From Octopus vulgaris (lineage: Eukaryota): a DNA stretch of 64,000 nt. Within the stretch, counting starts at the first letter, position 1. Every line of letters begins with the position of its first letter. The stretch covers positions 49,228,001 through 49,292,000 of the forward strand of contig OX597816.1 of NCBI GenBank assembly GCA_951406725.2. Reading direction: 5' to 3'. Of this stretch, positions 1-14,135 are shown one piece after another. The position numbers and the translations under genes were made by a program. Below the pieces are notes generated by a model. The model did no database searches and was not told the DNA's origin. It worked only from the letters and a program-made list of their open reading frames with translations.

Positions 1-329
1 GTAATCCACTATCCCGAATTTTAAAATAAAAAATACACATCTTGTTAATCCAGCTACCTAAGGATTCCTGTTCGAAATCATTATTCCGCCGTTTATGAAA
101 AGGAAAATAAAACCGTTTGTTAATTGTCTTTTGAGCACATAATGCTTAAACAAGCAACACTTGTAAAGAAGAGAGCAAGGCAGATAAAACTCAAGAGAGA
201 TAACCAACGTTACATTAATTCGATGTCAAGCAAACGTTATTGGTTTACTAAATATCCGCTGGTCTACTTCTAAATGCTGATCAGATGTATTAATTGAAAT
301 GCAGACATTCAAATACATACATGTGTATT

Positions 330-870
330 TGTTGGAGGTTTTCCAGGTTTTCGAGAGATAGTTTTTTACAAGAGAATACATTGAAATATTTTTAAACCTG
401 TTAATACAGTGTCTGAATTTGGAGAATATTCCCCATTTGATGTCGAAACTGGGCCCTTCGTCTTTACGTTTCCAGATTAAAGCCGAAATAGTTGTTGAAT
501 GTCTCTTATCAGGTTACTTAAAATTCGAAAGATGGCTGTAATATCTAGATGTAAATTTTTCTTCCACGGCTCTGATATAATGTTTGATATCCGTGCCACC
601 ATTGTCGTGGTTCGCTTAAACTTGTGCTTCATACCCAAAGTAAGATATATCACATTCCTTTCCTAGAGAACATTTAGATTTCTCTCTACATGTGCATCCG
701 GGTCAGATTTGAGTCATCCGTTGCTTATTGATACATGACTTAACATTAGGAGCAGAAGAAAAGGTAATTTTTAACGTGTGTCAGTTAAAGATACTTTTCT
801 ATCTATAGGTTCTGGGGAAGTGGTTATTTATTAAGTTCAAGAATTTTCTACCAGTAAATCCAGTATCCCG
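330..870 (-). mobile_element. Degenerate Penelope-like element (Naiad-type), linker + GIY-YIG endonuclease remnant
   Basis: Manual minus-strand translation GRKFLNLINNHFPRTYR*KSIFN*HTLKITFSSAPNVKS...CTCREKSKCSLGKEC...HYIRAVEEKFTSRYYSHLSNFK*PDKRHSTTISALIWKRKDEGPSFDIKWGI matches the Naiad pattern (FL.LI..HFP, CxCx5C, YIG-like, ST.LS..IW.LK...W.I); several stops. Confidence 0.8.
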
Positions 871-959
871 TATGGTCTTATTATAAAATAGGGCAGCTTT
901 TCGGATATTTCTTCTTCAGAAGAAGAATAGGCATATATATATATATATATATATATATG

Positions 960-1140
960 TTTTATTTATATGTGAAACCGTTAATTCAGACACGTTTATT
1001 TTTCTCCGTTTTCTCTCCTCCTTCCTTTCTGTGGAACAGCGTAAGATCGAAATGTGAAAGACTTTTCAGTTTTTCCTGAGCATCAAACTAAAGAACCGCA
1101 ATTGTTGTTCTCTCACCTACCTCCGTGTTTTGATTTGAAC
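960..1140 (+). mobile_element. PLE pseudo-LTR fragment with degenerate hammerhead motif (1025-1060)
   Basis: cttt CTGTGGA acagcgtaagatc GAAA tgt g aaag; same family as 6380-6550 and 27725-27900; flanked by (TA)n. Confidence 0.6.
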
Positions 1141-2975
1141 CATATATATACATAAATATATGTATGTATGTATGAATTTATGTATACATATGTATATATT
1201 CTCCCCATTATCAGTTAGAGGAACTTTCTAGTAAATTATTAATGTCGTGAATATGCATCTCCTTCATGGGATATAGATGCTGTAAACTTTTCTTTTGTGT
1301 GTTGATAATAAACGTTAAATGGATCTCTGAAGTTTGAGAAAATACTGATATTAACATTTGATCTGTGGAGTGAGTGCAGTCTATTGAATCGACTCCACCG
1401 TTTGCTTATGTATTTTCATGGACCGAAGACAAGGCAAGATAAACGAGACCTCAATAAAATTTGAATTCAAAACGAGTCATCATATAAATATATACCGTCT
1501 TAAAATGCTTCAGCTTATTTCCATTTATAATTCGTTTAGGTTTAATAATATGTATATTAATGTGAGAGATTTTTCTACCCTGCTTTATTTAAAATCACAT
1601 CAAGTTTATCTCTTCATTCATTCAATTGGCTACTTACTTGTGCTTGAAACCTCTCAAGTGAATCGAGAGAAGTAATTTATAATCTCGCGAAGCGAAGAAA
1701 AAAATTAAAAAGCCGTCGGAAACGGAGAATGAGAAAGTTAAGATATGTGTGTGTGTGTGAGCGAGGAGAGAAAGAGACTTAATTAGATAAAACTTTTTGT
1801 GAAATTTATTATATATTTTATGTAAAATCTTGTGCTGCAAGGATATTACATGTATCTTCACATTTATGGCTTGAATCTACAACTAAAGATTTCCTCTCTT
1901 AACACATTTCCCAAACATAAAACCTAGTAGCATCGACATTATCAACAATACTCAGATTTATACAACGTATAAATCGAAAAATTCTGAATGTAATGTTGGA
2001 ATTTATAGTATATTATTTAATACTCCCTCGTGTGCAGATGTTTCGTTGATATTTAGAACAATATTTATCGCTCTTTGAATGTTTTTTATACTCCTCGTAA
2101 ATATTGAATGATATTAATGTAATGCAGTTCCCAACTGTTTTTATTATAATTTATATTCTGATTTACTTGCAAGTATCGGTGCTGTTCTCTCCTTTGTCGA
2201 AAGAAGTAATTTCCTCACTTCTGATAAATGGCCATCTTTTCATGTCAATCACACAATGAACTCGCAATGATAACATAAAAAAACAACAAATACGTCCCTT
2301 TGTATTTGTCGTGAACTATTAGTTTTTACTCATATGGAAGAGTGTCTTCAGTTAATCTAGACAAAAGTGAAAATATACGCTATAATAACTAGGAAACACC
2401 CGACCAAACGAATCATAAATATATCTGGCGACTATTTTCAGTTCAAGATCATTTTATAGTGGCTATTGTGTTTAGCCCAAGGCAAGCCTAAGTCAAACAG
2501 TCATATATATAAACAAAAGAGTCCTATCTGTGATCATCCTGATGTATTTTTCAGCTACATTATTCAATGAATATCTTTTTCAAGTCTATTGAGTGATATT
2601 TTAGAGAGATTTGTTAGCTACTAGAATAAGTTCGAATTAACCCATACTGGCTGGATCGATAAGTTGTTTATTAATGAAATAGAACAGGATAAGATGTAGA
2701 CGTATTTGCGTCAGGGCACATTTGTTTTGCAGGAGCCCCTTACACGCAAGCATTTCGATAAAACCAACGCCTTAAATTTATATACCGAAATTATTGCATA
2801 TATCTGTTTATTGTATGTAAATGAAATCTTCATTTAATGCATTCAAAACGAAAAATGCAAGGTAAAAAAGTAGAGAAATAAAAGAAATATAAATAAAAGA
2901 AAAGAAATCTGGCCAGTTATACATGTATGCAAAAAATAAATATGTAGAAGATAAAAATATAACCAAGTGGATAAG

Positions 2976-3349
2976 TGCTACTCCGTCGGTTATGTCGACG
3001 AGGGTTCCAGTTGATCCGATCAACAGAGCAGCCTGCTCGTGAAATTAACGTGCAAGTGGCTGAGCACTCCACAGACACGTGTACCCTTAAAGTAGTTCTG
3101 GCGGAGATTCAGCGTGAAACAGAATGTGACAAGGCTGGCCCTTTGAAATACAGGTACAACAGAAACAAAGAGTGAGAGAAAGTTGTGGTGAAAGTGTACA
3201 GCAGGTTTTGCCACCACGCCCTGCCGGAGCGTCGTGGAACTTTAGGTGTTTTCCCTGAATAAACATTCAAAACCCCGGTCTGGGAATCGAGACCACGATC
3301 CTACGGCCGCGAGTCCACTGCTCCAAGCACTGGGCCATTGCGCCTCCAC
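2976..3349 (-). mobile_element. tRNA-derived SINE (family C)
   Basis: Minus strand starts GTGGAGGCGCAATGGCCCAGTG (A-box-like) ... GGTCTCGATTCCC (B-box-like); decayed relative at ~54400-54535. Confidence 0.7.
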
Positions 3350-4137
3350 GCTAAACGTTATACATAAATGTTAAATGCATTGAATGAATAAGTGGCTTGG
3401 ATGTAAATGAGGTTTTAACAAATCCACTAAAATGTAAGGTTAAAATGCACGAAACCAGGTATACCTGTTAAATACTGAAGATAAAATGATAACATTTATT
3501 TCAAAAATGTCTTAGCTTTATCAAACTTGTCTAACAAATGAGAATCAGGACGCTTTCATTAGAAAGGAACCAGAAATATTTCGCTTCTACAGCTCGCCTA
3601 CAAAATTGGCTTCGCGGACTGAAGTACAATATAAGAGTTAGTTGAGTTGTATATGAATACCATATGATAATGAATACAAGTGTATGTGTGGGATTTTGAG
3701 GACATTAATCAGATGGCAAATATATTACAAAATATTACTGTGATTCTTCAAGGTAAGTTTACTTCATATTCCCTTTTCCAAGCTATTCTAGTATATCTCT
3801 GGTAAGAAGAAATAGACTCGTTCCTAACTTTTGAAACTCTCATCTCTTTATTAACAGTATCAAAATGCTACTTGGAAAATGCAGATCTCATGCAAGATCC
3901 CACGTACGAGACTATTTTATAGAGAGCAAGTCCTTTTACAATCTTTACATTTTTACTCTTTTGTTTTAGTCTCTGAGACGGGCCATACTCGAATCTTTTG
4001 TAGAATTCAGTCTGTCAAATCAACCCCGTACATGTCTTTAAGTCCTTATACATTTTCTTTCGGCATTTAGAGTGACCCTAGCTTACATGTGAATATTGAA
4101 TACTGAGAGGAAACTCACAGCTCCTTTGATAGAACGT

Positions 4138-4372
4138 GAATTTTGTGAAATTCATTTATGAAAAAGGAAAAAAAAAATGTTGAAATGTAACCACTCGACT
4201 TCGGGGGTCGAGTTGGCATTGCGCCTCATTTATATCTTTTCATTCGTTTTCTTTAATTTTTTCGTCTTAATTCATCTTCTTTTTGTATTTTAAGTTCCCC
4301 GAGTTTATGTTTGTCTTGTTTCTATTGTCCCATTCTGTGTATAGCCCCTTGTGGGTAATAAAAATATCATCT
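4138..4372 (+). mobile_element. 5'-truncated retroposon 3' end (Tx1-like 3'UTR / family A tail) with 13-bp TSD
   Basis: TSD tttgatagaacgt at 4125-4137 and 4373-4385; ends tgtcccattctgtgtatagccccttgtgggtaataaaa. Confidence 0.6.
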
Positions 4373-5127
4373 TTTGATAGAACGTACATAATTTCCAGAG
4401 GTCTCTGTAAATGTATTTGTTCAATAAATAAATTGTGGTGATATATGATGCACTTTATTAAATATTAGTTGCACAGTTAATGTGAGACTTCATTGTGATT
4501 AATGTGAGGTTAAATCGAATAAGATCATTTACGGCTTTATGATTCATTGTTTAGGGACTAGACATTTCTTTCTAATTTGAAACAGCCTGGATCCTTTCCT
4601 ATTTGTGGCACAAGCATTAATATACTGTGGAATTTTGTAGCTAATCAAATAATGCTTTGAGAGGCCAGTCTTAAAAATCAGAAATTGTAGGTATTCTTAA
4701 GGACACTAACGTATACGCTCACGTTTCTGTCTGTCGTTGAAGAAACATTATCCTATCACGCAATTCGTTTGGCATTGAGGTATCACAAATCGATGGAAAA
4801 GTACTCATATATAGTGGTCAGTCTTCAATGTGCCCAAATTTTGTCTTATTCTAGAATGAATTCATAGGCTTCTTACAGAAACATTTCACATTCTAGATGC
4901 TTTCTTTCATTTGAATCTGGTCAGGCTTAAAGTTTCCCTCATAACTTGATATGAAAGCGTTATCTATCATTATTGATTTGAGGATACACGAAGGCACTTG
5001 TGAGTAATTAACAAAATGAAGACGAAATTTCATTATACATACTCATCAATAGAGAACTAAGATTTTGTGTACAGATAATTGTAGCTGTACCGTTGGTTTG
5101 TTGATAGTGTTATTTAAATGCAACTAA

Positions 5128-5133
5128 AGAGAC

Positions 5134-5183
<50 letters not shown>

Positions 5184-5343
5184 AGAGAGGGTGGGAGACA
5201 GATAATGTGAGGTATAGGAAAAAAGGGAGAGAGACATAGGGGAGATAGGGAGAGAGACAGAGGGAATGGGAGACGTAGAGTAAGGGAGAGAAAAAAAAAA
5301 TATATATATATATATACAGAGAGAGAGAGAGAGAGAGAGAGAG
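5128..5343 (+). repeat. (GA)n-rich compound microsatellite
   Basis: Direct reading. Confidence 0.95.
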
Positions 5344-5558
5344 CGGTTGATACCGATGACAAGTAGTAGCATCCTCCACCTACTCATATGCCCATCTTTT
5401 CTGAAATACTGGAAAGATAAAGTTGCCAATAATTTCGTTAGTACTAAATTATCTCTTAAATTCTGCATGAATTCTGTTATGACTCCAAAATGCAATATTT
5501 CCACAGCAGCTTCCATCAACATCGTAATTATTATTATTATTATTATTAATAATATCAA

Positions 5559-6255
5559 GGCGGTGATCAGGCAGAATCGTTAGCACGCCGAATCAAATGC
5601 TTAGATATATTTCGTCCGTCGCTACGTTCTGAGTTCAAATCCCGTCGAGGTCGAGTATGCCTTCCATCCTTTTGGGGTCGATAAATTAAGTACCAGTTGC
5701 GTACTGCGGTCAATCAAATCGGCTGGGGACCCTTCCTTAAAATTTCAGGCCTTTTACCTATAGTAGAAAGAGTTATTATTATCAGTATAAAGGCAGCGAG
5801 CTGGCAGCATCGTTAGCACGCCAGGCAAAATGCTTAGCAGTATTTTGTCTGTCTTCACGTTCTGAGTTCAACTCCCACCGAGGTCAACTTTGCCTTACAT
5901 CCTTTCGTGGTCGATAAATTAAATGCCAGTCAGGTACTGGGGGTCGATGTAATCGAGCCTTCCATCCTTTCGGCGTCGAAAATTTAAGTACCATTTGAAA
6001 ATTGGGGTCGATGTAATCGACTCATCCGCTCTTCCAAAACTACTGCCCTTCTGGCAAAACTTTAAATCATTCTTCTTTTTATTATTATAATAAAGGCGGC
6101 GAGATGGCAGAATTCTTAGCACGCCGGGCGAAAAGCTTAACAAAATTTGCCTGTCACTACAATTTATGTTCGAGTTCGACTTTGACTTTGATCCTTTCGG
6201 CGTCGATAAATTAAGTGTTAGTGAAACGCTGCGGTCGATGCAATCGACTAGCCAC
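5559..6255 (+). mobile_element. Tandem cluster of three family A tRNA-derived SINEs (starts 5559, 5792, 6095)
   Basis: Each starts GGCGGCGAGCTGGCAGAATCGTTAGCAC-like, with GAGTTCAAATCC B-box and core GCCTTTCATCCTTTCGGGGTCGATAAATTAAGTACCAG (resembles the Meta/MESC SINE core, from memory). Confidence 0.85.
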
Positions 6256-6379
6256 TGGCATATTCTTAACACAAGCATCTATTACTACCACATAAAAACA
6301 TGTATTATGTCTATTAAATACTATTTATCTCTCACTAGATGGTGTACTTCTTTTGTTGATCTTACCATCACGGAACAGT

Positions 6380-6550
6380 ACACAAGTTTTGTTTTATTCT
6401 CTCTCTGTTTATTTTCTTACATTCCTTTCTGCTGAAGAGCGTAGGATCGAAACGTAAAACATTTACTTTTCCGAGCGTCAAAATAATACACCTGCTTGCT
6501 GTTCATACACTTGTCTTAGTCTTTTGTTTTTCTGTAAATTTCAACTATAT
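6380..6550 (+). mobile_element. PLE pseudo-LTR fragment with hammerhead-like motif (6425-6460)
   Basis: cttt CTGCTGA agagcgtaggatc GAAA cg TA aaac; homologous to 960-1140 and to the 3' end of the PLE at 27725-28690. Confidence 0.65.
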
Positions 6551-8659
6551 ATTATACGCCCTGTGGTTACCCCAGTTTTATCCTGCTTTAACCTTCTATT
6601 CTTTGGACTTACACGTCTCAACTACCACCTGAACTTTTGGCAACTCTCCTCATTTATAATTTTTATAACATTATTTTTATCATCATCATCATCATCATCA
6701 TCATCATTATTATTATTTCATCCATCTTTACATTGTGTGTTCAAATTTCGTCACTGGATAAACTTACGGATTTCACTGGACTCTTCCATTGATGAAAAAT
6801 CGCTCCAATATACCACGAAGTCTGAACGTTTTTGAACTTTCTACTTTTTCCTACTCCGTACGTTGTAACAAGAGTTACCTCCCTTAGCTTTGACTTTTTC
6901 TGATATCTGAGAAAATGTATATATGCCCACTTAAACGTGGATGTTCCAGTAGAACAACATTTGCTGCGATAGATACCATGGGAGAAATTTTCATACTGGT
7001 TTATGGTGCAAAATGCAATCTTGTTTATATCGCTAGCGGTGAGATAAATCCCTGCCATTTCCAGCGCCGAGACCATCAGATCACATGATTTCGACCTTCT
7101 TTGGTCTTGCCAATGATGGACGCTTGACTGCTAGAGATAGCAGCGACTCATCTCAACGCCAGTGATATACAGAATAACAGTTCCAGAAAAGGCACTGGTG
7201 TCACGATTAGCCAGTAAGCTTGTTAAAAAAAAACACAGTGAACTTGTTAAAAACTGAACATCTATGCTTACGTGGGTATAGATATTATAAAAATCCTGTT
7301 ATTAGTACTGTCACTATAGCTAATATATTCTTTTTCATCTGAGAAGAAGTTAAAACTTTTAACGCGGCGGCCATAAAATATGCCAACTAGATATAATTAT
7401 TTGTTTGGGTAAAAAGCGTATTACACATTGGCAGATATTATTCTTAAAGTTTTGTAATTTACGTTAGGCATGTCTAGCATGTTATCCTCTTATAAGATAT
7501 CCATAGCCAAGCATAGACAATCTTATATGCCAAAGTAGTGAATGGAGAAATCAATAAATATCTCAGTATACTAAATATGCCTTTGCAAGCGCCGTCGAAT
7601 TGGAAAGTAAGAAGCTAATGAAAGATGGACAGCAACATAAAAATTAGGAAATATATTTACTCTCATCGATCTGATGATTAGGTTAAAAGAGAAGAAATAG
7701 ATTAATAATAGTCTAGGTGGACTATTAATCCAATTGGGAGGGAAACATATGTGTTTAAGTTGTTAGCACATTACAAAAATCCATCTCAGTGAAATGAAAG
7801 CTTAAATAGAATATCACTGGCATATTTTACTGTGAGAATAGACTTATATAGTTTTTTTTATTAGAATGTCCCAAAGGAGATGAGAAGAAGCTTTTTGAGA
7901 TAGGGACAATGAAGAAGGTGAAATTAAGACGAAAGGAATATATTTATATTTGATTAGAAGAGCTTTGGACATCAGAAGTACGAAAACGATGAGATGGAAG
8001 ATAGTTTCAAAGTCTGCCATTTCGAAGAAAATAGCTACGACTGTAGAAATATTTCCGTATTCGTGGAAGTACAACAGCATTCTGAAGTACAACAGCATTT
8101 CAAGTTAGGCAAGATGGCACAATGTGATCTGAAACCAAGAGAGGAAGTTCATCAGAGTACTTCCTTTGCAATAAGCATAGCAAGAAAAAAAACAAAACAA
8201 AGAATATGGACGTCACATCGATGTGACAAGTGTTGCAGAGTTGATGCAAGGGAGGGACCAATCAAATTGGTGACTCGCTTCTCAATCCAGTCAAGTAGTT
8301 CGATTCAAATTACACAATGGTACACATGTCCAAATATGACAACAGTATTCCATACAAGGAAGGCTTGGATGTGAAATAGTCCTGTGACCTAAACAATGAC
8401 CCAACCTATTTCTTTCACATATTTTATTTCAAAATAATACATTTATGTAAAAATTTCTGTCCCTGAAAGTATTAAATATATAAGAGCAAAAGATATTTCA
8501 CTTCAGATGCATGTTAGAATAATATTTTTAAAAAAAACCCCAAAAAATAAAAACAAAAGAAAACAAAGGAAATAAAATCAGCGGCCGTACGCCGAACTGT
8601 TTCTAATTCACAAGATAAGATAAATTTCTAAAATCTTTTCTTTGAATATGATTCCTTAA

Positions 8660-8661
<2 letters not shown>

Positions 8662-8727
<66 letters not shown>

Positions 8728-9676
8728 GTATGTATGTATGTATGTATGTATGTATGTATGTATGTATGTATGTATAATGTTTTATAAGACTATTTCGACA
8801 GAAGAACGACAAAAGAAGAAAGAAAATAACAAGAAGTAATATAAACAATCACAGAATCAGGATACTAATCTCTTCCCTTAAATCTACACATTTTTCGCTT
8901 CTTTTCACTGCAGTATTTGTGTTGCGTACATACATACCGACACAAGAACAGCTGTACGCATAAACACACACAGTCGCGCATACACATGCACGTGCGCACA
9001 CACAAACACATAAACACACACACACATTCATAGCACATGCACACACAAACATTGTGAGCAATCTGTTATGTACGCATACAGTGTACATACATGTGTACAT
9101 ACTCACACAGACTCACGCACATTCACACGCACATGTATGAGTATGAATTGGTGTTTCCGAGCGATTGTACGCGTGATCATGTGTATGTAAAAATGCTTGT
9201 TTCTATACGTACGAATATATAAATACATACACATATACACACACGTACACCAACCCTCAAACGAACACACACATAGAAACAAACAGACACTCGCCAGCCC
9301 ACACATATACAGAAATACCCATAAACGAGTGGACACACTCAACACCTACACGCACACTCCTAAGAATAAAATCGTATATACGTAGAATAAATTAGGTGTA
9401 TTAGGTACACAGAAGTTTGTATGTTTCTGCTTACAAGTTAAACGGTTATATTTCAAATAACAATACTTATGCACAAGAATACACACGCAGAGAGCACACG
9501 CATAAATACTGACAGACACATGCATGCATACTCGGCGTATGTACTGGCGTATCTGTGTTCTAGTGTATAGTACAGAAAATATTTTCTTCCTGTACTCAAC
9601 ATCTACTTCCACACACGTGCACCATATATATGTATACATGCAAGCAAAAATATGCATAAACATCCACCCATATATT

Positions 9677-9729
<53 letters not shown>

Positions 9730-9811
9730 CATACATTCATATGTATATATATATGTATACATATATATGTACATATATGCATATATGTTACACATATATG
9801 TAAATATTTTA

Positions 9812-9850
<39 letters not shown>

Positions 9851-10199
9851 TATATGCATATATGTTACACATATATGTAAATATTTTATATGTATTGTAT
9901 ATATATATATATTAATATATTATTTATGTTAATGTATATACATGCACACACAGACATTATTAACACGCATGCGCGCGCACACACGTACATATATATAAAT
10001 AAAAAAGAATGCATATACATTTATAATCATATATATTATGTAATTCTTCTTATACAATTCTGTATAAACAAATACATATGCGATATCAGAGATCGATTTG
10101 AAAGGAAAAGAAGCTTTTATTTTCTATGGAAATTTTGCAAAACTTATTTTAATACTCTCTTCAGAACAAAGTACTCCCGTGCACTCTTCGTCTACTGTA

Positions 10200-10239
<40 letters not shown>

Positions 10240-10280
10240 CAATATATTAGATATATCTATCTGTATATATATATATATGA
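8662..10280. repeat. Long compound (TA)n/(TATG)n/(CA)n microsatellite region
   Basis: Direct reading; includes an internal ~45-bp duplication (tatgtacatatatgcatatatgttacacatatatgtaaatatttta). Confidence 0.9.
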
Positions 10281-10284
10281 GTGT

Positions 10285-10342
10285 ATTCCACTGATGAAGG
10301 CAGAGCATCTTTTATGGAAAGCCAGAAATCCGGGAATGGAAT
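10285..10342 (+). ncRNA. Degenerate type-I hammerhead ribozyme motif
   Basis: ATTCCA CTGATGA a-ggc...gcc-a GAAA tccggg aa TGGAAT: 6-bp stem I and intact CUGAUGA/GAAA, but U16.1 is missing; next to (TA)n. Confidence 0.6.
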
Positions 10343-10500
10343 TATCCAATAATTTATTTGCTAGTTTATTTTGTCTCTTTGTTTTCTCTCCTAGTGCTAT
10401 ATGAACATTTAATATGGTTTTAGAGTCAAGTTTCTACTGCTATTTTCAGCGTAGTGGTATCTCTTAGATACCCTAAATTATAATTATATAAATATATACT

Positions 10501-10531
<31 letters not shown>

Positions 10532-12027
10532 TTGCAACAAAGATCCCTAAATTCCTGCTTTATTAAAACGATCTCTGTTGCTAGATGTATCATAAGTACG
10601 AAACAACAGTTATAAGCATTCTGCGCCTGAGAAGAGGAGATTATCTCAAGAAGCAAAGAGTCTGCAAAGTTGACATGCCATTAAAGAAAGAGGCAGTCCT
10701 ATTGTTCGGACAGAAAAGGATTGTCGTGGACATATGTGTCTTGTTCAATAGTCTTCATCAGCATGACAGTTGTTCAACCTAATCTCCAGCTGCCCCTCTT
10801 AAAGCTGAAGGCAGTTTAAACTGTCGATCTTCCGTGAGACACTTTTGCAACGTTTACAGATGCTAGTCAAGTGCAGGATAGTGTACAACTTGTTCTGATG
10901 CAATTGGAGAAACATTTCTCATTAACTTTCCAACGAAGCGGTATATTTCACTACTAATTGCTTATTCTGGGATCGCGACATGCCATCAAATATGGTAGTC
11001 AATGCTACAATGCCTTTCAGTTGTAACTAACTTTGTGGTGAATGGAAATGGAGCATTCAATATCAGCAGAGAATATTGTATAGAATCTAAGACGAGGAAT
11101 GTTTCTTTGAGATGAATGAAGAAATTTTTAAAAAATGGCGACAAATATCTCTGAGTAGATCACTGTAACGTATCCATGGAAGCAAAAATCACAACGAAGA
11201 GACATTTCAGGTTTGAATTATGATATCTAACATAAACAGTCTGTTGGCTAAGGGAGTAGATAAATACAAACATTAGAACTCATTTCCAGTTTTAAAAGAA
11301 AAGCGAGTTTTTGAGGAAAAGAACATTATTAGATACAAAAATCAAAATGTAGACAATATCAAAATTTATCTTTGTAATAGCTACCGAGTAAAGAGCACTG
11401 AGGTATTTCTACTCGAAAATTTCCTGACCGACTCTTGCAAAGTATTTCCAAATTCACTGTAATTTCCAGAAGTTAAAACCTATTGAATAAATTACGATCC
11501 ATCATAACAGTTCAATTGAACAATACTGGCGAGTAAAAATTCCAAGTCATATATAATTGGGTATATGGATTTCGATTGTGGCAACAACTGCATTCCGAGA
11601 ATCTCAATATATTCTTACCAATATACCCTTTCAGTTCAACATATTGCAAGACCCCACATACTATAGCAATTAAGAAATGCTCTTCTATCGGGGACAGATA
11701 CATTTTGGATGTTGTGTTGGAAACAAGAGCAAAGTTTATGTCAGTGTTCAACGAGAGAGAAAAACTAAGAACGTTGCTTACCATGAAGCCATTTGCTGAA
11801 AACGTTTTCTCTAAGATCTGTAGTATAATATTCCTTTAAGATAGATTTGGATAAAATTCCTTGACGATACATCAAAGTATTCTACTTTCCGATCATATAA
11901 TGTTAGAACAAGGCTACTGAACTTCATCAACTGGGAATCAGAATCGCTCACGTCTCTATGATAATCCAGTTCTACACAAGTAATATGAAAGCTTATATAA
12001 AACAGTAGTATTATATGCTATTATATA

Positions 12028-12065
<38 letters not shown>

Positions 12066-12167
12066 TATGTATACACACACGCACGAGCAAGAAATGTAGA
12101 TATATATGATTATAGATATCTATCTATCTGTCTGGTTATATATCTATCTCTATACACACACACACAC

Positions 12168-12202
<35 letters not shown>

Positions 12203-13011
12203 CATGCATATATATATATGCATACATATATATATGTATATATATATATATGTATATATAAAATATACCTGTATGGTTTTCTCGATGTGTATACGCCAAT
12301 GCATGTTTTAGGTGTGCATAAGAATGATGCAATCACGAATGCGTGAAAATGATTATTTAGTATCTGTATATACGAAATTATATTCGTATAATATTCCTTT
12401 AAGAGAGATCAAAGTATTTTACTTAGCGATCTTTTTATGATGGAATAAGGACTGTTCTTTAGAAATTATATTACTTTGAGACGTCATGTGGAACCGTACT
12501 TGACGTTATTCTTTAGTTTACACTTTCAAGCTACACAAAAAGTCCAGTCCCACTGGCCTTTCATTGAAAGTCTATAATTCTTTATTACATAGTCATGTAG
12601 ACTTGTATATCTTAGTAAGAAGGAAACAGAAAATGTTGATGTACATCAATTTCTCAGGGCTACAGAGCTTTTTCATCTGAGAGTTAAAAACCGACCTCGT
12701 CTTAGTTCAATGGTGATGTAACACTACACAATTACGTTAGTTATTTTATTTATTACTTTGAAAAGTGGCAATAAATATTTTAGTCCTCTCTCTATTCGAC
12801 GCAGTGAAAACAACTTAAACATATATATATATATATTGGGTATTTATATATGTGTGCGTATGTATATCGATGTATATTCACGGGGAGAAATCGGTATATA
12901 TAACAAAGTGAAACAGGTCAAGTCAGGAAGCATCTTTAGAAGACCTCTGCATTTCCAAAGCCACTTCCCTCTCTCTCACTCTCTCTCTGCCCCTCTCTCT
13001 CTCTCTCTTTT

Positions 13012-13056
<45 letters not shown>

Positions 13057-13057
13057 C

Positions 13058-13910
13058 CTAGCTGACGTACCCGGTAATTCCCGTGAAACTGGGGCTTATC
13101 CCTTTGTTTCGTTCTCATCATTGTTTTGCTAATCCAATAACGACAATACAAAGAATGTAACCCTTAAAAATACCGAACTGTCTTACACTGGACCTTGGTT
13201 TTAGGAATTCCAAATAAGTTATGAATACCCAAATTGTGAAGTCAGTTATGTAATAACATAAAATTAGTTACCCGATAGTAGGAATTGAAATAAAGTAGTC
13301 CCGAAAAGGGCTTTAATAGTTCCCAGAGTATATAGATCATAGGAAGAAATACTAATAAGATATGTATACTAAAATCGTGAAGAATGTTACGTAATAACAG
13401 GGTAATCAGATATGAGATAATAACAATTCAAAGTAAATAGCTCTGAAAAGTGCCTTTGTGCGTTCCCAGGGAATATTACCCCCAGCGGCGCTAGTGTTGG
13501 TATATTCGTGAATAAGTCACTAACCGAAATATGTGGATCTATTGTTTAGGAAACTGCTATTTACTTGATTAAAGGTTGTAGTGGATAAATTGCAAAAATA
13601 ACTCTAACAGTTCAAATGCTAAGAAATAAACATAGTCAATTTCATTTTTACCAATTAATTTAGGAAAATGAATGGATTATTTCCCTTGCTTTCTAAAATA
13701 ATATATATTAGATATATATAGGGATCCATTCTAGCCCTATTATTGATTTTTTGCAACAATCTGAATATGCCATGATGTTTTCAAACATGAGTTCTACTAA
13801 CGTGTCAAGTTTCATCAAAATCAATAAAACGATGTAGGAGAGGTTAGCTGACAACTCCACAAACACACTCACAGACAGAATTTCCCGCATATGCAATATA
13901 TATATATACA
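13058..13910 (-). mobile_element. Non-autonomous Helitron-like element
   Basis: Minus-strand 3' end cacgggaattaccggg hairpin + tacgtcagCTAG (13058-13085); other end has the acagacaga...tatatata motif; sits in (TA)n. Confidence 0.6.
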
Positions 13911-14135
13911 GGGAAGAGATTTGAAAATGCAGAAGTCTTTTAAAGATGTTTATTGACTTGACCGGTTTCACTTTTTTAAAAGAAGATTTTCAAAAGTAAA
14001 ATAGTAAAATGTAAGGCTTTGTGTAGCCTTTGTTGTGTTAAAAATGATTGTCATAGATGTATTAAAATACAGTGATACAGTCTTTGTCAACGATAAGAAA
14101 ATGTTAAGAGGGGCTTTGTGTTTAAACAGGTTACA
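13910..14135 (-). mobile_element. PLE 3' end with U3-A8 variant hammerhead (13956-13997)
   Basis: LFKHKAPLN (GIY-YIG C-terminal P.LN-like) followed by ACTT TTGAAAA tcttcttttaaaaaagt GAAA CCGG TC AAGT; partial inverted homolog at 12902-12970. Confidence 0.6.

Noticed and set aside
5559-6255. Regularly recurring ggggtcgata motifs resembling a CRISPR-like array
   Set aside because: Tandem SINE cores in a eukaryotic genome; no constant repeat/spacer structure or cas genes.
6741-7200. 111-aa minus ORF / possible host exon
   Set aside because: No recognisable domain and no convincing splice context.
7860-8475. Possible piggyBac C-terminal remnant (TSHRCDKC..., end ctgtccctgaaagtattaa)
   Set aside because: Too degraded; no matching left TIR/TTAA or catalytic motifs that I can support.
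11512-11839. Overlapping 87-90 aa ORFs on both strands
   Set aside because: No recognisable family; ORFs of this length arise by chance.
11822-12455. Diverged direct duplication (gtataatattcctttaag...atcaaagtatt) at ~11822 and ~12386
   Set aside because: Real similarity, but short and old; no mechanism or function can be inferred.
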